Assembly (NCBI RefSeq): GCF_000008565.1
Contig: NC_001263.1
Coordinates: 1,664,676 to 1,696,675 of the forward strand
DNA: 32,000 nucleotides
Reading direction: 5' to 3'
Origin: Deinococcus radiodurans R1 = ATCC 13939 = DSM 20539
Lineage (GTDB): Bacteria; Deinococcota; Deinococci; Deinococcales; Deinococcaceae
Under the pieces are notes generated by a model, which made no database searches, had not been told where the DNA came from, and saw only the letters and a list, made by a program, of their open reading frames with translations. Positions 1 to 8,465 of the stretch are shown piece by piece; the stretch's first letter is position 1, and each line of letters starts with the position of its first letter. The translations under genes were made by a program, and so were the position numbers.

Positions 1-2
1 GG

Positions 3-968
3 TTGGAAGGCGCCATCAACCGCGTGCAGTTCGTGCAGTTTCTCTTTTTCCGCCAGTGGACAGCGCTGCGTGAGTACGCCCGTGAGCGCGGCGTGCAGAT
101 TATCGGGGACATTCCCATTTTCGTGGCGCTCGACTCCAGCGACGCCTGGGCCAACCGGGACGAGTTCTACTTCGACGACCAGGGCCAGCCGACGGTGGTC
201 GCGGGCGTGCCGCCGGACTATTTCTCGGAGACCGGGCAACTGTGGGGCAATCCCCTCTACAACTGGCCCAAGATGAAAGAAGACGGCTTCGGCTGGTGGA
301 TTCGCCGCTTCCAGGGCAGCCTGAAGCTGTACGACATCATCCGGGTGGACCATTTCCGGGGCTTTGCCGGGTATTGGGAGATTCCTTACCCCGCCGAAAC
401 CGCCATGAACGGGCGCTGGGTGCCGGCGCTGGGGCACGAGATGTTCGAGGCGGTGCGGGCGGCGCTCGGCAGCCTGCCCATCATCGCCGAAGACCTCGGG
501 GTGATTACCCCCGACGTGGAGAAGCTGCGCGACGACTTCGGCTTTCCCGGCATGGCGGTGCTGCAATTCGCCTTCGGGGGCGGCGACTTCGCGGTGAACG
601 ACTTTCTGCCCGGCAACATCAAGGAAAACCGGGTGGTCTACACCGGCACCCACGACAACGACACCACGCGCGGCTGGTGGCGCCACGCCGACGAGAGCGA
701 GCGCCACAACTTCCGCGTCTACACCAGCAGCGACCCGGGCGAGGACACCTTCGCCTGGCAACTGACTGAGGTGGCGTTCGGCACCCGCGCGGTGCTGGCC
801 GTCGTGCCGCTGCAAGACCTGTTGAACCTGGGCAGCGAGGACCGCATGAACCTGCCCGGCACCACCGGCGACCACAACTGGACGTGGCGCTACGACCCGG
901 CGGCGCTGCTGCCCTCACTCGCCGACCGTCTGCGCGAGCTGACGGAGCGGACCGGACGGCGGGCTTAA
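3..968 (+). CDS. malQ: 4-alpha-glucanotransferase (amylomaltase), C-terminal part; 5' end lies upstream of the window
   Basis: ORF is open from the window edge to TAA 966-968. Translation shows GH77-type blocks I recognise (GDIPIFVA, GVPPDYFSETGQLWGNPLY, RVDHFRGF, YTGTHDNDT). Confidence 0.9.
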   Translation: MEGAINRVQFVQFLFFRQWTALREYARERGVQIIGDIPIFVALDSSDAWANRDEFYFDDQGQPTVVAGVPPDYFSETGQLWGNPLYNWPKMKEDGFGWWIRRFQGSLKLYDIIRVDHFRGFAGYWEIPYPAETAMNGRWVPALGHEMFEAVRAALGSLPIIAEDLGVITPDVEKLRDDFGFPGMAVLQFAFGGGDFAVNDFLPGNIKENRVVYTGTHDNDTTRGWWRHADESERHNFRVYTSSDPGEDTFAWQLTEVAFGTRAVLAVVPLQDLLNLGSEDRMNLPGTTGDHNWTWRYDPAALLPSLADRLRELTERTGRRA

Positions 969-997
969 CCGACCAGCGACCGCCGCCAGCAAGGAGC

Positions 998-1031
998 GGG
1001 GGCCGGGGGAACATCACATCCCCTGGCCCCC
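998..1031 (+). terminator. GC-rich hairpin after malQ (terminator-like, weak U tract)
   Basis: GGGGGCCGGGGG (998-1009) pairs with CCCCTGGCCCCC (1020-1031) with one bulged T. Only a weak T-containing tail follows. Confidence 0.3.
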
Positions 1032-1051
1032 GACCCTTTACCCTCTTCCCC

Positions 1052-1609
1052 ATGAAGCTCTACACCCGCACCGGCGACCAGGGACAGACCGGCCTTTACG
1101 GCGCAGACCGCGTGAGCAAGGCGCACCCCCGCGTGGAGGCCTACGGCACCGTGGACGAACTCAACTCGGCGCTGGGGCTGGCGCGGGCGCACAGTACGGA
1201 CGCTGCCTTAGACACCGACCTCGAATACCTGCAAAACGCGCTGTTCGACGTGGGCGCCGACCTCGCCACCCGAAGCGGCACCCCCTACGAGAAAAATCTG
1301 GTCCGCATAGACGCCGAGGACGTGGCCTTTCTGGAAGCGATGATCGACCGCTACCAGGAGGCCGCGCCGCCCTTTACCGGCTTCGTGCATCCGGGGGGCA
1401 CGCCCGCCGCCGCCGCGTTGCAACTCGCCCGCGCCGTGGCCCGCCGCGCCGAACGGGACGTGATTCGGCTGCTCGACGTGGAGGAGGCGAACGCGCAGGT
1501 GCAGGTCTATCTCAACCGCGTCTCGGACCTGCTGTTCATCATGGCCCGCGCCGTCAATGCCCGCAGCGGCCTGAGCGAAGAAGCCTGGACGGTGAAAAAG
1601 CGACGTTAA
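1052..1609 (+). CDS. ATP:cob(I)alamin adenosyltransferase, PduO type
   Basis: Internal ATG at residue 57 of ORF 884-1609 gives MKLYTRTGDQGQTGLYG..RVSK..EAYGTVDELNSALG, the typical N-terminus of the PduO/MMAB family. The upstream part of the ORF is Arg/Pro/Gly-rich filler. Confidence 0.85.
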   Translation: MKLYTRTGDQGQTGLYGADRVSKAHPRVEAYGTVDELNSALGLARAHSTDAALDTDLEYLQNALFDVGADLATRSGTPYEKNLVRIDAEDVAFLEAMIDRYQEAAPPFTGFVHPGGTPAAAALQLARAVARRAERDVIRLLDVEEANAQVQVYLNRVSDLLFIMARAVNARSGLSEEAWTVKKRR

Positions 1610-1696
1610 ATTAGCTCTCTGGAAATCAGCTCTCTGGTCAGGCCCTCCCCCAAAAGGCGGACGACAGCCTGACCGCTGACCGCGAAACTGGGAGGC

Positions 1697-2017
1697 ATGA
1701 ACGCGCTGGTCTTGCTCGCTCCCCTGCCCCTCGCCCTGCTGCTCGGCAGCGCCGCCCTGCCTCCGAGCGGCGTGCAAGTCGTCAACCACAGCGGCGCCGG
1801 GGTGCAGAACGTGCGGGTCTGCCGCGCGGGCGAGTGCTGGACCAAAGACCGGCTGGCGAGCGGAGAGCGTTGGCTGGTCACGTCCGAGGCAGGGCAGGCA
1901 CCCGTGCGACTGACGGTGGGCGGAGCACCAGCAACGGGCCAAGTTACTGCGCAGCGAGGCCGGGGCGTGCAACTGATGCTCGAACGTGACAGCCGGGCCG
2001 CCGCCGGGCGACAATAG
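1697..2017 (+). CDS. hypothetical secreted protein (signal-peptide-like N-terminus)
   Basis: ATG is preceded by GGGAGG. Hydrophobic N-terminus MNALVLLAPLPLALLLGSAA. High third-position GC. No family recognised. Confidence 0.5.
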   Translation: MNALVLLAPLPLALLLGSAALPPSGVQVVNHSGAGVQNVRVCRAGECWTKDRLASGERWLVTSEAGQAPVRLTVGGAPATGQVTAQRGRGVQLMLERDSRAAAGRQ

Positions 2018-2047
2018 GCCGCGTGACCGTCCTCCCAACCGCCGCTG

Positions 2048-2078
<31 letters not shown>

Positions 2079-2096
2079 AGCGTGGCGGCAACGGCC

Positions 2097-2273
2097 ATGA
2101 AAGGTCTGCGCTTTCGCCCAGGCGAACTGCGCCGCTCCGAGGTGCCGCGCACCAACCTGCTGCCGGGCGCCGGACAGCCGGCCCGTGCCCGGCGTGAGGA
2201 CCGGTGGCGGGCGTGGCTGCTGGTAGGCCTCAGCGTGTGCCTGCTGGCGCTGCTGGGCGTCACGTTGCTGTAG
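2097..2273 (+). CDS. hypothetical small membrane-anchored protein (58 aa)
   Basis: Internal ATG of ORF 1986-2273. C-terminal hydrophobic helix WLLVGLSVCLLALLGVTLL. GC3-rich codons. No homology recognised. Confidence 0.3.
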   Translation: MKGLRFRPGELRRSEVPRTNLLPGAGQPARARREDRWRAWLLVGLSVCLLALLGVTLL

Positions 2274-2326
2274 CTCTGCGCGCCCCGGCGCCTCACCCCG
2301 TCATCCCATCTGGCAAACTGACCGCC

Positions 2327-2821
2327 ATGACCGACCGCAGCGACCGTTCGCAGCTCGCCTTTGCCCGCCTGCTTCCCCGGCTGTTCCGGGGCGGCCAGGC
2401 CTACGTGGGCGTCGAAGCCACCCTCAGCGACCTCAGCAGCGAGCAGGCCGCGCAGCATGCCGGGGGGCTGCCGCACAGCGTGGCCGAGCTGCTGGCGCAC
2501 GTAAACTGGTGGAACCGCTGGATGCTCGACATCATCGAGATGGGGCAAGCGCTCCCCTACCCCCCCCACGCCGCCGACACCTGGCCGCAGGTGGGTGCGG
2601 GCGACTGGGGTAACGTCAAGAACGAGTTTTACGAACTGCTCGCCCGCATCGACACCCACGCCGCCCGGCCCGACCTCGCCAGCCCCGTCAACCACGAGGA
2701 AACGATTGGCGAACTGCTCGCCGATTTCGCCCTGCACACGGCGCACCACTTCGGCCAGATCATCAGCGTGCGGCAGGCGCTGGGGGCGTGGCCGCCGGCG
2801 GGGGGCGGGGACACCTGGTGA
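2327..2821 (+). CDS. DinB/YfiT-like metal-dependent hydrolase family protein
   Basis: Start is the ATG at residue 42 of ORF 2204-2821. His-containing DinB helices are present (LLAHVNWW, HTAHHFGQI). Confidence 0.75.
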   Translation: MTDRSDRSQLAFARLLPRLFRGGQAYVGVEATLSDLSSEQAAQHAGGLPHSVAELLAHVNWWNRWMLDIIEMGQALPYPPHAADTWPQVGAGDWGNVKNEFYELLARIDTHAARPDLASPVNHEETIGELLADFALHTAHHFGQIISVRQALGAWPPAGGGDTW

Positions 2822-3309
2822 GCGAGCAGCCTGCCCAGGATTTTGCGAACGCCGCCGCGCAACTGTATCTGGGCGGCGTAGCCAATGTGACCTGGGAACG
2901 GGCGATAAGCGATCTGAGCGCAGCGGACGCCGGGCGCCGGCCCGCGGGGTTGCCGCACAGCGCCGCGCAAATAGTGGCGCATGTGCAGTTCTGGCAGCAC
3001 TACCTACTGGCGGTCATAGCCGGTGAAAACCCACCTGCCGTCGCCCACGCGGCTGAGGGCTGGCCCGCCGGCGAACTCCCAGCAGGCGAATGGGAAGCAC
3101 TCAGAGACCGCTTTTTGCGGGACGCCCAGCGGCTGCGCGACCTGACGCTGGACGCTTCATTGACCGCCTCGCCTGACCGCAAAGGCCGTCCTTACGCGGT
3201 AGCGCTGACCAACAGCGCCGGCCACAGCGTCTATCACCTGGGGCAGGTGGTCACGGTGCGGCAGGCGCTGGGCTTGTGGCCCCCAGTAGGGGGTGGCGCG
3301 ACATGGTGA
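2818..3309 (+). CDS. DinB/YfiT-like family protein (tandem paralogue)
   Basis: GTG 2818-2820 overlaps the upstream TGA (GTGA, 2818-2821). An ATG at 2788 is an alternative start. Same architecture as the upstream gene (IVAHVQFW, GHSVYHLGQV, and both end in LG.WPP.GGG.TW). Confidence 0.7.
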   Translation: MSEQPAQDFANAAAQLYLGGVANVTWERAISDLSAADAGRRPAGLPHSAAQIVAHVQFWQHYLLAVIAGENPPAVAHAAEGWPAGELPAGEWEALRDRFLRDAQRLRDLTLDASLTASPDRKGRPYAVALTNSAGHSVYHLGQVVTVRQALGLWPPVGGGATW

Positions 3310-4153
3310 GCGTGACCGAACTCAATGCCGGCAACTCCAGCCGCGCTTCACATGTCTGGCGGGTGGACGACGGCCAGCGCAGCGAGATTTACCGCCGCTC
3401 TTGGTGGACCACACCGGAAGTCAGCGCCTTCATGCTGGGGCTGGGGCAGCTGTTCGGGGTGGACCCCCGCGACCTGCACGCCACCGAATCGGCTTACGGG
3501 TTCTGGCGCGAGCTGGGCGTGTGGACCGTGCCGCAGACTACGGCCTGACCGAGTTCAGGGACGCTCCTGCCTTGCGGGTAGAATACGTGTCCGGTGACCC
3601 GAATGGCAGAACCTTCGCGGAGGCCGACACCCGGCTGTTAGGGCGCCAGATTGCTCAGGTGCATCAGCAAGCCGCCAGCTTTTTTGGTGACGTGTCGGGC
3701 CAACGCCGCCAGCCGCTCGAGCAGTTTTACGTCCGGGCGCTGGAAACCGTGCGGGCCACCGCGCCCCGTTATGCGCCGCAGAACTGGGCCGGGCACTGGG
3801 ACACAGTGGAGCGGGTCTTCGCTGCGGTACCCCCTCCCCGACAAGCCGCGCCCATGCTGCTCGACTGGAACGAAAGCCAGTTCGTGTGGCGCGGCGGGCA
3901 ACCGTACGCCCTGGTAGACGTAGAAGCCTCAGCAACAGCGCCGCCCGAACTGGACCTGACCTTCTGGGAATTGCTGCTGCCTGCCGGTGCCCCAGCTCAG
4001 GCGTTTCAAGCCGGTTACCGCGAGGTGCGGCCCTGGCCCGACCTGAACCCGCACCGGGCCGCCTGCCGCCTCATTTTGCTGGCACTGGAATCGGAAGGCA
4101 CCCGCGACGCTGCGCAGTGGCTGGCTCAACCGGCAGTTCTCGAGACGGCCTGA
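3303..4153 (+). pseudogene. kinase-fold (aminoglycoside/choline phosphotransferase-like) protein, reading frame broken about 3500-3546
   Basis: The N-terminal lobe is in the frame of ORF 3276-3548 (MVSVTELNAGNSSRASHVWRV...) and the rest is in the frame of ORF 3293-4153 (..YGLTEFRDAPALRVEYVSGD...LVDVEAS..ELDL). Together they give one ~283-aa protein if one base is added. ATG 3303 overlaps the stop of the upstream DinB gene. Confidence 0.45.
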
Positions 4154-4162
4154 GTCTTCGCC

Positions 4163-4909
4163 TTACTTACGCCGTTTTTCCGCCTGCACCATCGCCACGA
4201 ACTGCGCCAGGCGGGGGGCACGGCCCCAGCGTTTGCGGTCGCCGGCCACCCGCCAGACCCACTCCACGCCCATTTTGCGGGTCCATTCGGGGGCGAGCTG
4301 CGCGGTGCCAGCGAGCACGTCAATCACGCCGCCGCAGCCGATGGCGACTGGGGCGCGGTGAATCTGCTTCCAGTAGGCGTTGAAGATTTCCTGCCGCCCG
4401 GCGCCCATGCCTGTCAGCAACAGGTGCGCGCCGCTGGCCCCGACGAGTTCGGCCACCCGCTGGTCTTCATCGGGGCCGAAATAGCCGTGGTGAACGCCTG
4501 CCACCTGAATCCCGTAATCGCGCACGGCGTTTTGGGCGGCCTGCTCGGCCACACCCGGTTTGGACCCCAGGAAAAAGACCCGCAACTCGGGGCCGTGCCG
4601 CTCCATCAGCCCCTTGACCAGATCGAAACCCGGCGCACGCGGCACCTCGGCGCCGTAGAGCTGCCGCGCGGCGTAGACGATGCCCACGCCGTCGGCAGTC
4701 ACCAGATCGGCCTCCTGCATCGCCCGCACGAACTCGGGCTGGGTGCGCGACTGCACGATGAATTCAGGGTTGAGGGTGACCACCGTGTGCGGGGTGGGCG
4801 GCGACTCGAACAGCCAGCCGCTCAGCCGGTCCAGGGCGGCGTCCAGGGTCACGGGGTCGAGCGGCAAGTCGAAGAGAACCAGACGTTCGGGCAGGCTCTT
4901 GAGGCTCAT
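4163..4909 (-). CDS. WecB/TagA/CpsF-family glycosyltransferase (N-acetylmannosaminyltransferase-like)
   Basis: 248-aa ORF with an ATG start. The family pattern is recognisable (VVTLNPEF, ADLVTADGVGIV, LLLTGMGAGRQE, IGCGGVIDVLAG). Confidence 0.8.
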   Translation of the reverse strand: MSLKSLPERLVLFDLPLDPVTLDAALDRLSGWLFESPPTPHTVVTLNPEFIVQSRTQPEFVRAMQEADLVTADGVGIVYAARQLYGAEVPRAPGFDLVKGLMERHGPELRVFFLGSKPGVAEQAAQNAVRDYGIQVAGVHHGYFGPDEDQRVAELVGASGAHLLLTGMGAGRQEIFNAYWKQIHRAPVAIGCGGVIDVLAGTAQLAPEWTRKMGVEWVWRVAGDRKRWGRAPRLAQFVAMVQAEKRRK

Positions 4910-4917
4910 GTAGCGTG

Positions 4918-4923
4918 ATTGTA
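4918..4923 (-). promoter_or_regulatory. -10 box TACAAT, 8 nt upstream of the ATG at 4909 (leaderless-type promoter)
   Basis: The minus strand reads GCTACAATCACGCTACATG. There is no Shine-Dalgarno sequence between the box and the start. Confidence 0.45.
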
Positions 4924-4985
4924 GCCCGCAGCGCAGGTGCGACCTCCCGCCGCTGGGGGGCCTGCGCGGAGCACGGGGCTTGGGG

Positions 4986-4991
4986 CATACT
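4986..4991 (+). promoter_or_regulatory. -10 box CATACT, 7 nt upstream of the ATG at 4999 (leaderless-type promoter)
   Basis: GCATACTCTGGGGCATG. No Shine-Dalgarno sequence. Confidence 0.4.
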
Positions 4992-4998
4992 CTGGGGC

Positions 4999-5694
4999 AT
5001 GTTGCCGGGTGCGTTCGGGACCTTGCCTGCCGAGGTGCAGGCGCAGCTCACGGTTGCCGGGCGCAGCGGGCGCTGGGCGCGCGGCGGGCTGATCTTTCAC
5101 CCCGACGACCCCGCCGAGACCCTGCACCTCGTCACGCGCGGCACGGTGCGGCTCTACCGCCTGGGCAGCGGCGCGCGCGAGGTCACCCTTGACGTGCACG
5201 GCCCCGGCGCCCTGCTCGGCACTCCGGCCCTGCTGCGCGACCCCGACAGCGCCGCCGCCTACGGCATGTACGCCGAGGCGATGGACGAGGTCGAAACGTT
5301 GCAACTCGGCCAGGGCACGCTGCACCGGCTTTTCCAGCAGCAGCCCGCCGCCCTGCTCGCACTGACCGAGCAGCTCACCCGGCAGACCCGCAGCGTGCAG
5401 GAACGCCTCGCCGGGCTGGTCTTTCTGGAAGTCTCGCAGCGCCTCGCCCTGGCCCTGCTGGCCCTCGCCGAGCGCGAAGGCGGTTGGGAGGGCGGCACGC
5501 TGGCGCTGCGCGACCGCATCTCGCACCAGGACCTCGCGCACAGCGTGGGGAGCACCCGCGAAACCATCACCAAACTGCTCGGCGATTTCCGCACGCGCGG
5601 CTTGCTCGACCTCGGCTACCGCCGCATCGTGCTTACCGACCGCGCGGGGCTGGAACAGGCGGCGCGGCAACCACTCGGGCCGCTCCAGCCCTGA
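4999..5694 (+). CDS. Crp/Fnr-family transcriptional regulator
   Basis: ATG at residue 29 of ORF 4915-5694. N-terminal cNMP-binding-like beta-roll (LHLVTRGTVRLYRL) and C-terminal HTH (ISHQDLAHSVGSTRETITKLLGDF). Confidence 0.85.
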   Translation: MLPGAFGTLPAEVQAQLTVAGRSGRWARGGLIFHPDDPAETLHLVTRGTVRLYRLGSGAREVTLDVHGPGALLGTPALLRDPDSAAAYGMYAEAMDEVETLQLGQGTLHRLFQQQPAALLALTEQLTRQTRSVQERLAGLVFLEVSQRLALALLALAEREGGWEGGTLALRDRISHQDLAHSVGSTRETITKLLGDFRTRGLLDLGYRRIVLTDRAGLEQAARQPLGPLQP

Positions 5695-5781
5695 ACCCTG
5701 CCCGGCGGGGTGCATCCGTAAGGAAGAAACGAGGCTGCAAACCACGTTTCACCGCGTCAAATGTATTAGGGTGACGCCTGC

Positions 5782-7343
5782 ATGGGGCGGAACGTAGCGG
5801 CGGAATACAACAAAGGCACCTTGGGCGAGTTTCTCCGCCTCTCGCCGCGAGACGTGCAGCAGGCGCGGGCCGAGCGGCGCCCTGAGCTTGACCGGGTGGC
5901 CCTGGCCGCTGCCCTGCGCGAATACCACCGCGACCTGGGCACGCTGGACGCGGGCGTCGAGGCATTGCTGACGCGGCTCTCCCACCCCGAATCGCGCGTC
6001 GTTGTGACTGGGCAGCAGGCCGGCCTGCTCACCGGCCCCGCCTACAGCGTCCACAAGGGCGCGGGCGCGGCACTTCTCGCCCGGCAACTCGATGAGGAAG
6101 ACACCCCGGTGGTCGCCGTGTACTGGGTCGCCAGTCAGGACCACGACGCCGAGGAAGTCGCCAGCACCACGCTGCTCGACCTCAACGAAGACCTGCACCG
6201 CCTGACCCTCGACGTGCCGCCCGGCGTGCCGGTGGGCCGGGTGACGTGGCGCGAGGAGTGGACCGCCGAGGTGCTGGCGCTGCTTGACCGCTTCGAAGCT
6301 CCCACCGAGTACAAGGACGCCGTTCGCGCACGGATAGAGCGGGCCATCGCGGGCGGCGAGCGCCACAGCTACGCCGACGTGTTCGCCCGCCTCGTTCATG
6401 GGCTGCTCGCCCCCGCCGGGCTGCTGGTCCTCGACCCGCTGCACCCCGCGCTCGCCCGGCTGATGGCCCCGGCGCTTGCGCGCGAGCTTGAGCAGCCGCT
6501 CGCTTCCTCGGCGCGCATCGAGGACGCTGCCGAGCGTCTCAGCGCTGCCGGGTTCACGCCGCAACTGCGCCGCCCGGCGGGCGCGACCAATCTGTTTGTC
6601 GAGGAAGACGACAGCCAGCGCCGCCTGCTGCGCTTCGATGGGCAGAGCTTCAGCACCGAGACGCACCGGTATACCCGCGCCGACCTGCTTGCGCTGCTGA
6701 ATGCCGACCCCTCCCGTCTGACCCCCGCCGCAGGCTGCGCCCGGCGATTCAGGACACGCTGCTGCCCACCCTCGCCTTCGTCGTCGGCCCCGGCGAAATC
6801 GCGTATGGAGCGCAACTCAAAAACGTGTACCCGCTGCACGGCTTGCAACAACCCCTACTGTGGCCGCGCCTGAGCGTGACCTGGCTGGAACCCAATGTCG
6901 CCCGCTTGCTGCGCCGCCTCCGCGCCAGCGTCGCCGAGGTGCAGGCCGACCCGGCGGGCGTGCTGGGCCGCGCCCTGGCCGCCGAGCGGGACGCCGGGGC
7001 CGTGAGTGCCGAACGCCTTCAGAGCATCGAGGCCGAGCTGGAGCGGCTCATCGGCGACCTCGCGGCCCTCGACCCCACCCTGGTCGGTGCTGCCGAGCGC
7101 ACCCGCAAACGGGCCCTGCCGCGCGTCGCGCACCTTCAGCGCCTCGCCGTGAATGCCCTCGCCCGCGCCGAAAATGAGCGCAGCGGTCAGCTCACCCGTC
7201 TGCAAAAGCACCTGCTGCCCAACGGCACGCCCCAGGAACGTGAAATGAACTTCCTGACTTACCTGCTCAAGCACGGCGACACCCCGCTCCGGCAACTGCT
7301 GGCGCTGGACGCGGGGTTCGTAGGAGAAGTCGAGATTCCGTAA
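5782..7343 (+). pseudogene. bshC: bacillithiol biosynthesis cysteine-adding enzyme BshC, interrupted by an apparent 1-nt frameshift near 6734
   Basis: ORF 5782-6873 carries the N-terminal signature VVTGQQAGLLTGPAYSVHK. After ..SRLTPAAG the conserved continuation LRPAIQDTLLPTLAFVVGPGEIAYGAQL..LLWPR is in the adjacent frame (codons from 6735, same frame as ORF 6825-7343). Confidence 0.8.
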
Positions 7344-7363
7344 TCATCCTCTCCCCCGACGTC

Positions 7364-7500
7364 TGATACGGTTTCAAATTGAGTCCCGGAGATGTCCGGG
7401 CGCAATTTTGCGCGGAGCGCATGGAAAAAATACGGTTTTAAGGCGATGGACGGGCATCCGGCGCCTTTCCGGATGTTCGGGAATCGGATTCAAACCGTAT
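7364..7500. repeat. MITE-like small noncoding repeat unit bounded by inverted ATACGGTTT cores
   Basis: ATACGGTTT occurs at 7366-7374 and 7430-7438, and as its reverse complement AAACCGTAT at 7492-7500. Internal perfect hairpins: CCCGGA/TCCGGG (7385-7400), GCGCAA/TTGCGC (7400-7413), CATCCGG/CCGGATG (7455-7475). Confidence 0.55.
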
Positions 7501-7580
7501 GACGCATTTGACAAAAAGAGGGCACAGCTTTTTGGTGAGCGCACTCGGAGAACTGCTCCAGGGCGAGGGATCGTCCCGAC

Positions 7581-7657
7581 TCATACGGAGCTGAGTGCGC
7601 GGAAGAGATGGCGGCGCTTTTCCGACTTCTCTGAAGAAGAGTTCAGCTCCGTATCAG
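7581..7657. repeat. second short repeat unit bounded by a perfect 12-bp inverted repeat ATACGGAGCTGA
   Basis: ATACGGAGCTGA at 7583-7594 and its reverse complement TCAGCTCCGTAT at 7643-7654. The right arm overlaps the stop codon (7654-7656) of the ABC ATPase gene. Confidence 0.55.
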
Positions 7658-8451
7658 TGCCCCAGAATCTTGCTGAGGAACTGCCGCGCCCGCTCGTGTT
7701 GCGGGTTCTGGTAGAAGGCCTCGGGCGTCGTGTCCTCCACGATGTTGCCCTGGTCGAAGAACAGGATGCGGTCGGCCACTTCGCGGGCAAAGCCCATTTC
7801 GTGAGTGACGACCAGCATGGTCATGCCGGTGCGGGCGAGTTCCTTCATCACGTCAAGGACTTCCTTGATCATCTCGGGGTCGAGGGCCGAGGTCGGCTCG
7901 TCGAACAGCATGATCTTGGGTTCCATCGCCAGAGCGCGGGCAATGGCGACGCGCTGCTGTTGCCCGCCCGAAAGCTGCGCGGGGAACTTGTAGGCCTGCT
8001 CCTCGATGCCCACGCGCCGCAGCAAATCCAGGCCGCGCGCCTGCGCCTGCGCCTTGTCCACGCCGCGCACACGGGTGGGGGCCAGGGTGATGTTGTCGAG
8101 CACCGTCAGGTGGGGAAACAGGTTGAACGACTGAAAGACCATGCCGACCTCGCGGCGAATGGCATCGAGGTTGCGGGCGCCCTGAAGCGGCAGGCCATCC
8201 ACCGTAATGGAGCCGCCGTCGTGGGGGTCGAGCGCATTGATGGTGCGGATAAAGGTGCTTTTGCCGCTGCCCGACGGCCCGATGATGACGACCACTTCAC
8301 CCTGGCGCACGGTCAGGTTGACGCCGCGCAGGGCGTGAAAGGTGCCGAAGTGCTTCTGCACGTTCTGCGCCACGATGATCGGCTCGCCCACCGTGCGGGC
8401 AGAGACGGCCACCGCGCCGGCAGCGGGGTCAGAGGAAAGGGGAGCAGTCAT
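7654..8451 (-). CDS. polar amino acid ABC transporter ATP-binding protein (GlnQ-like)
   Basis: Walker [10 protein letters not shown], signature LSGGQQQR, Walker [13 protein letters not shown]-loop VVTHEMGFA. Confidence 0.9.
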   Translation of the reverse strand: MTAPLSSDPAAGAVAVSARTVGEPIIVAQNVQKHFGTFHALRGVNLTVRQGEVVVIIGPSGSGKSTFIRTINALDPHDGGSITVDGLPLQGARNLDAIRREVGMVFQSFNLFPHLTVLDNITLAPTRVRGVDKAQAQARGLDLLRRVGIEEQAYKFPAQLSGGQQQRVAIARALAMEPKIMLFDEPTSALDPEMIKEVLDVMKELARTGMTMLVVTHEMGFAREVADRILFFDQGNIVEDTTPEAFYQNPQHERARQFLSKILGH

Positions 8452-8465
8452 GGGCGGGATTCTAA

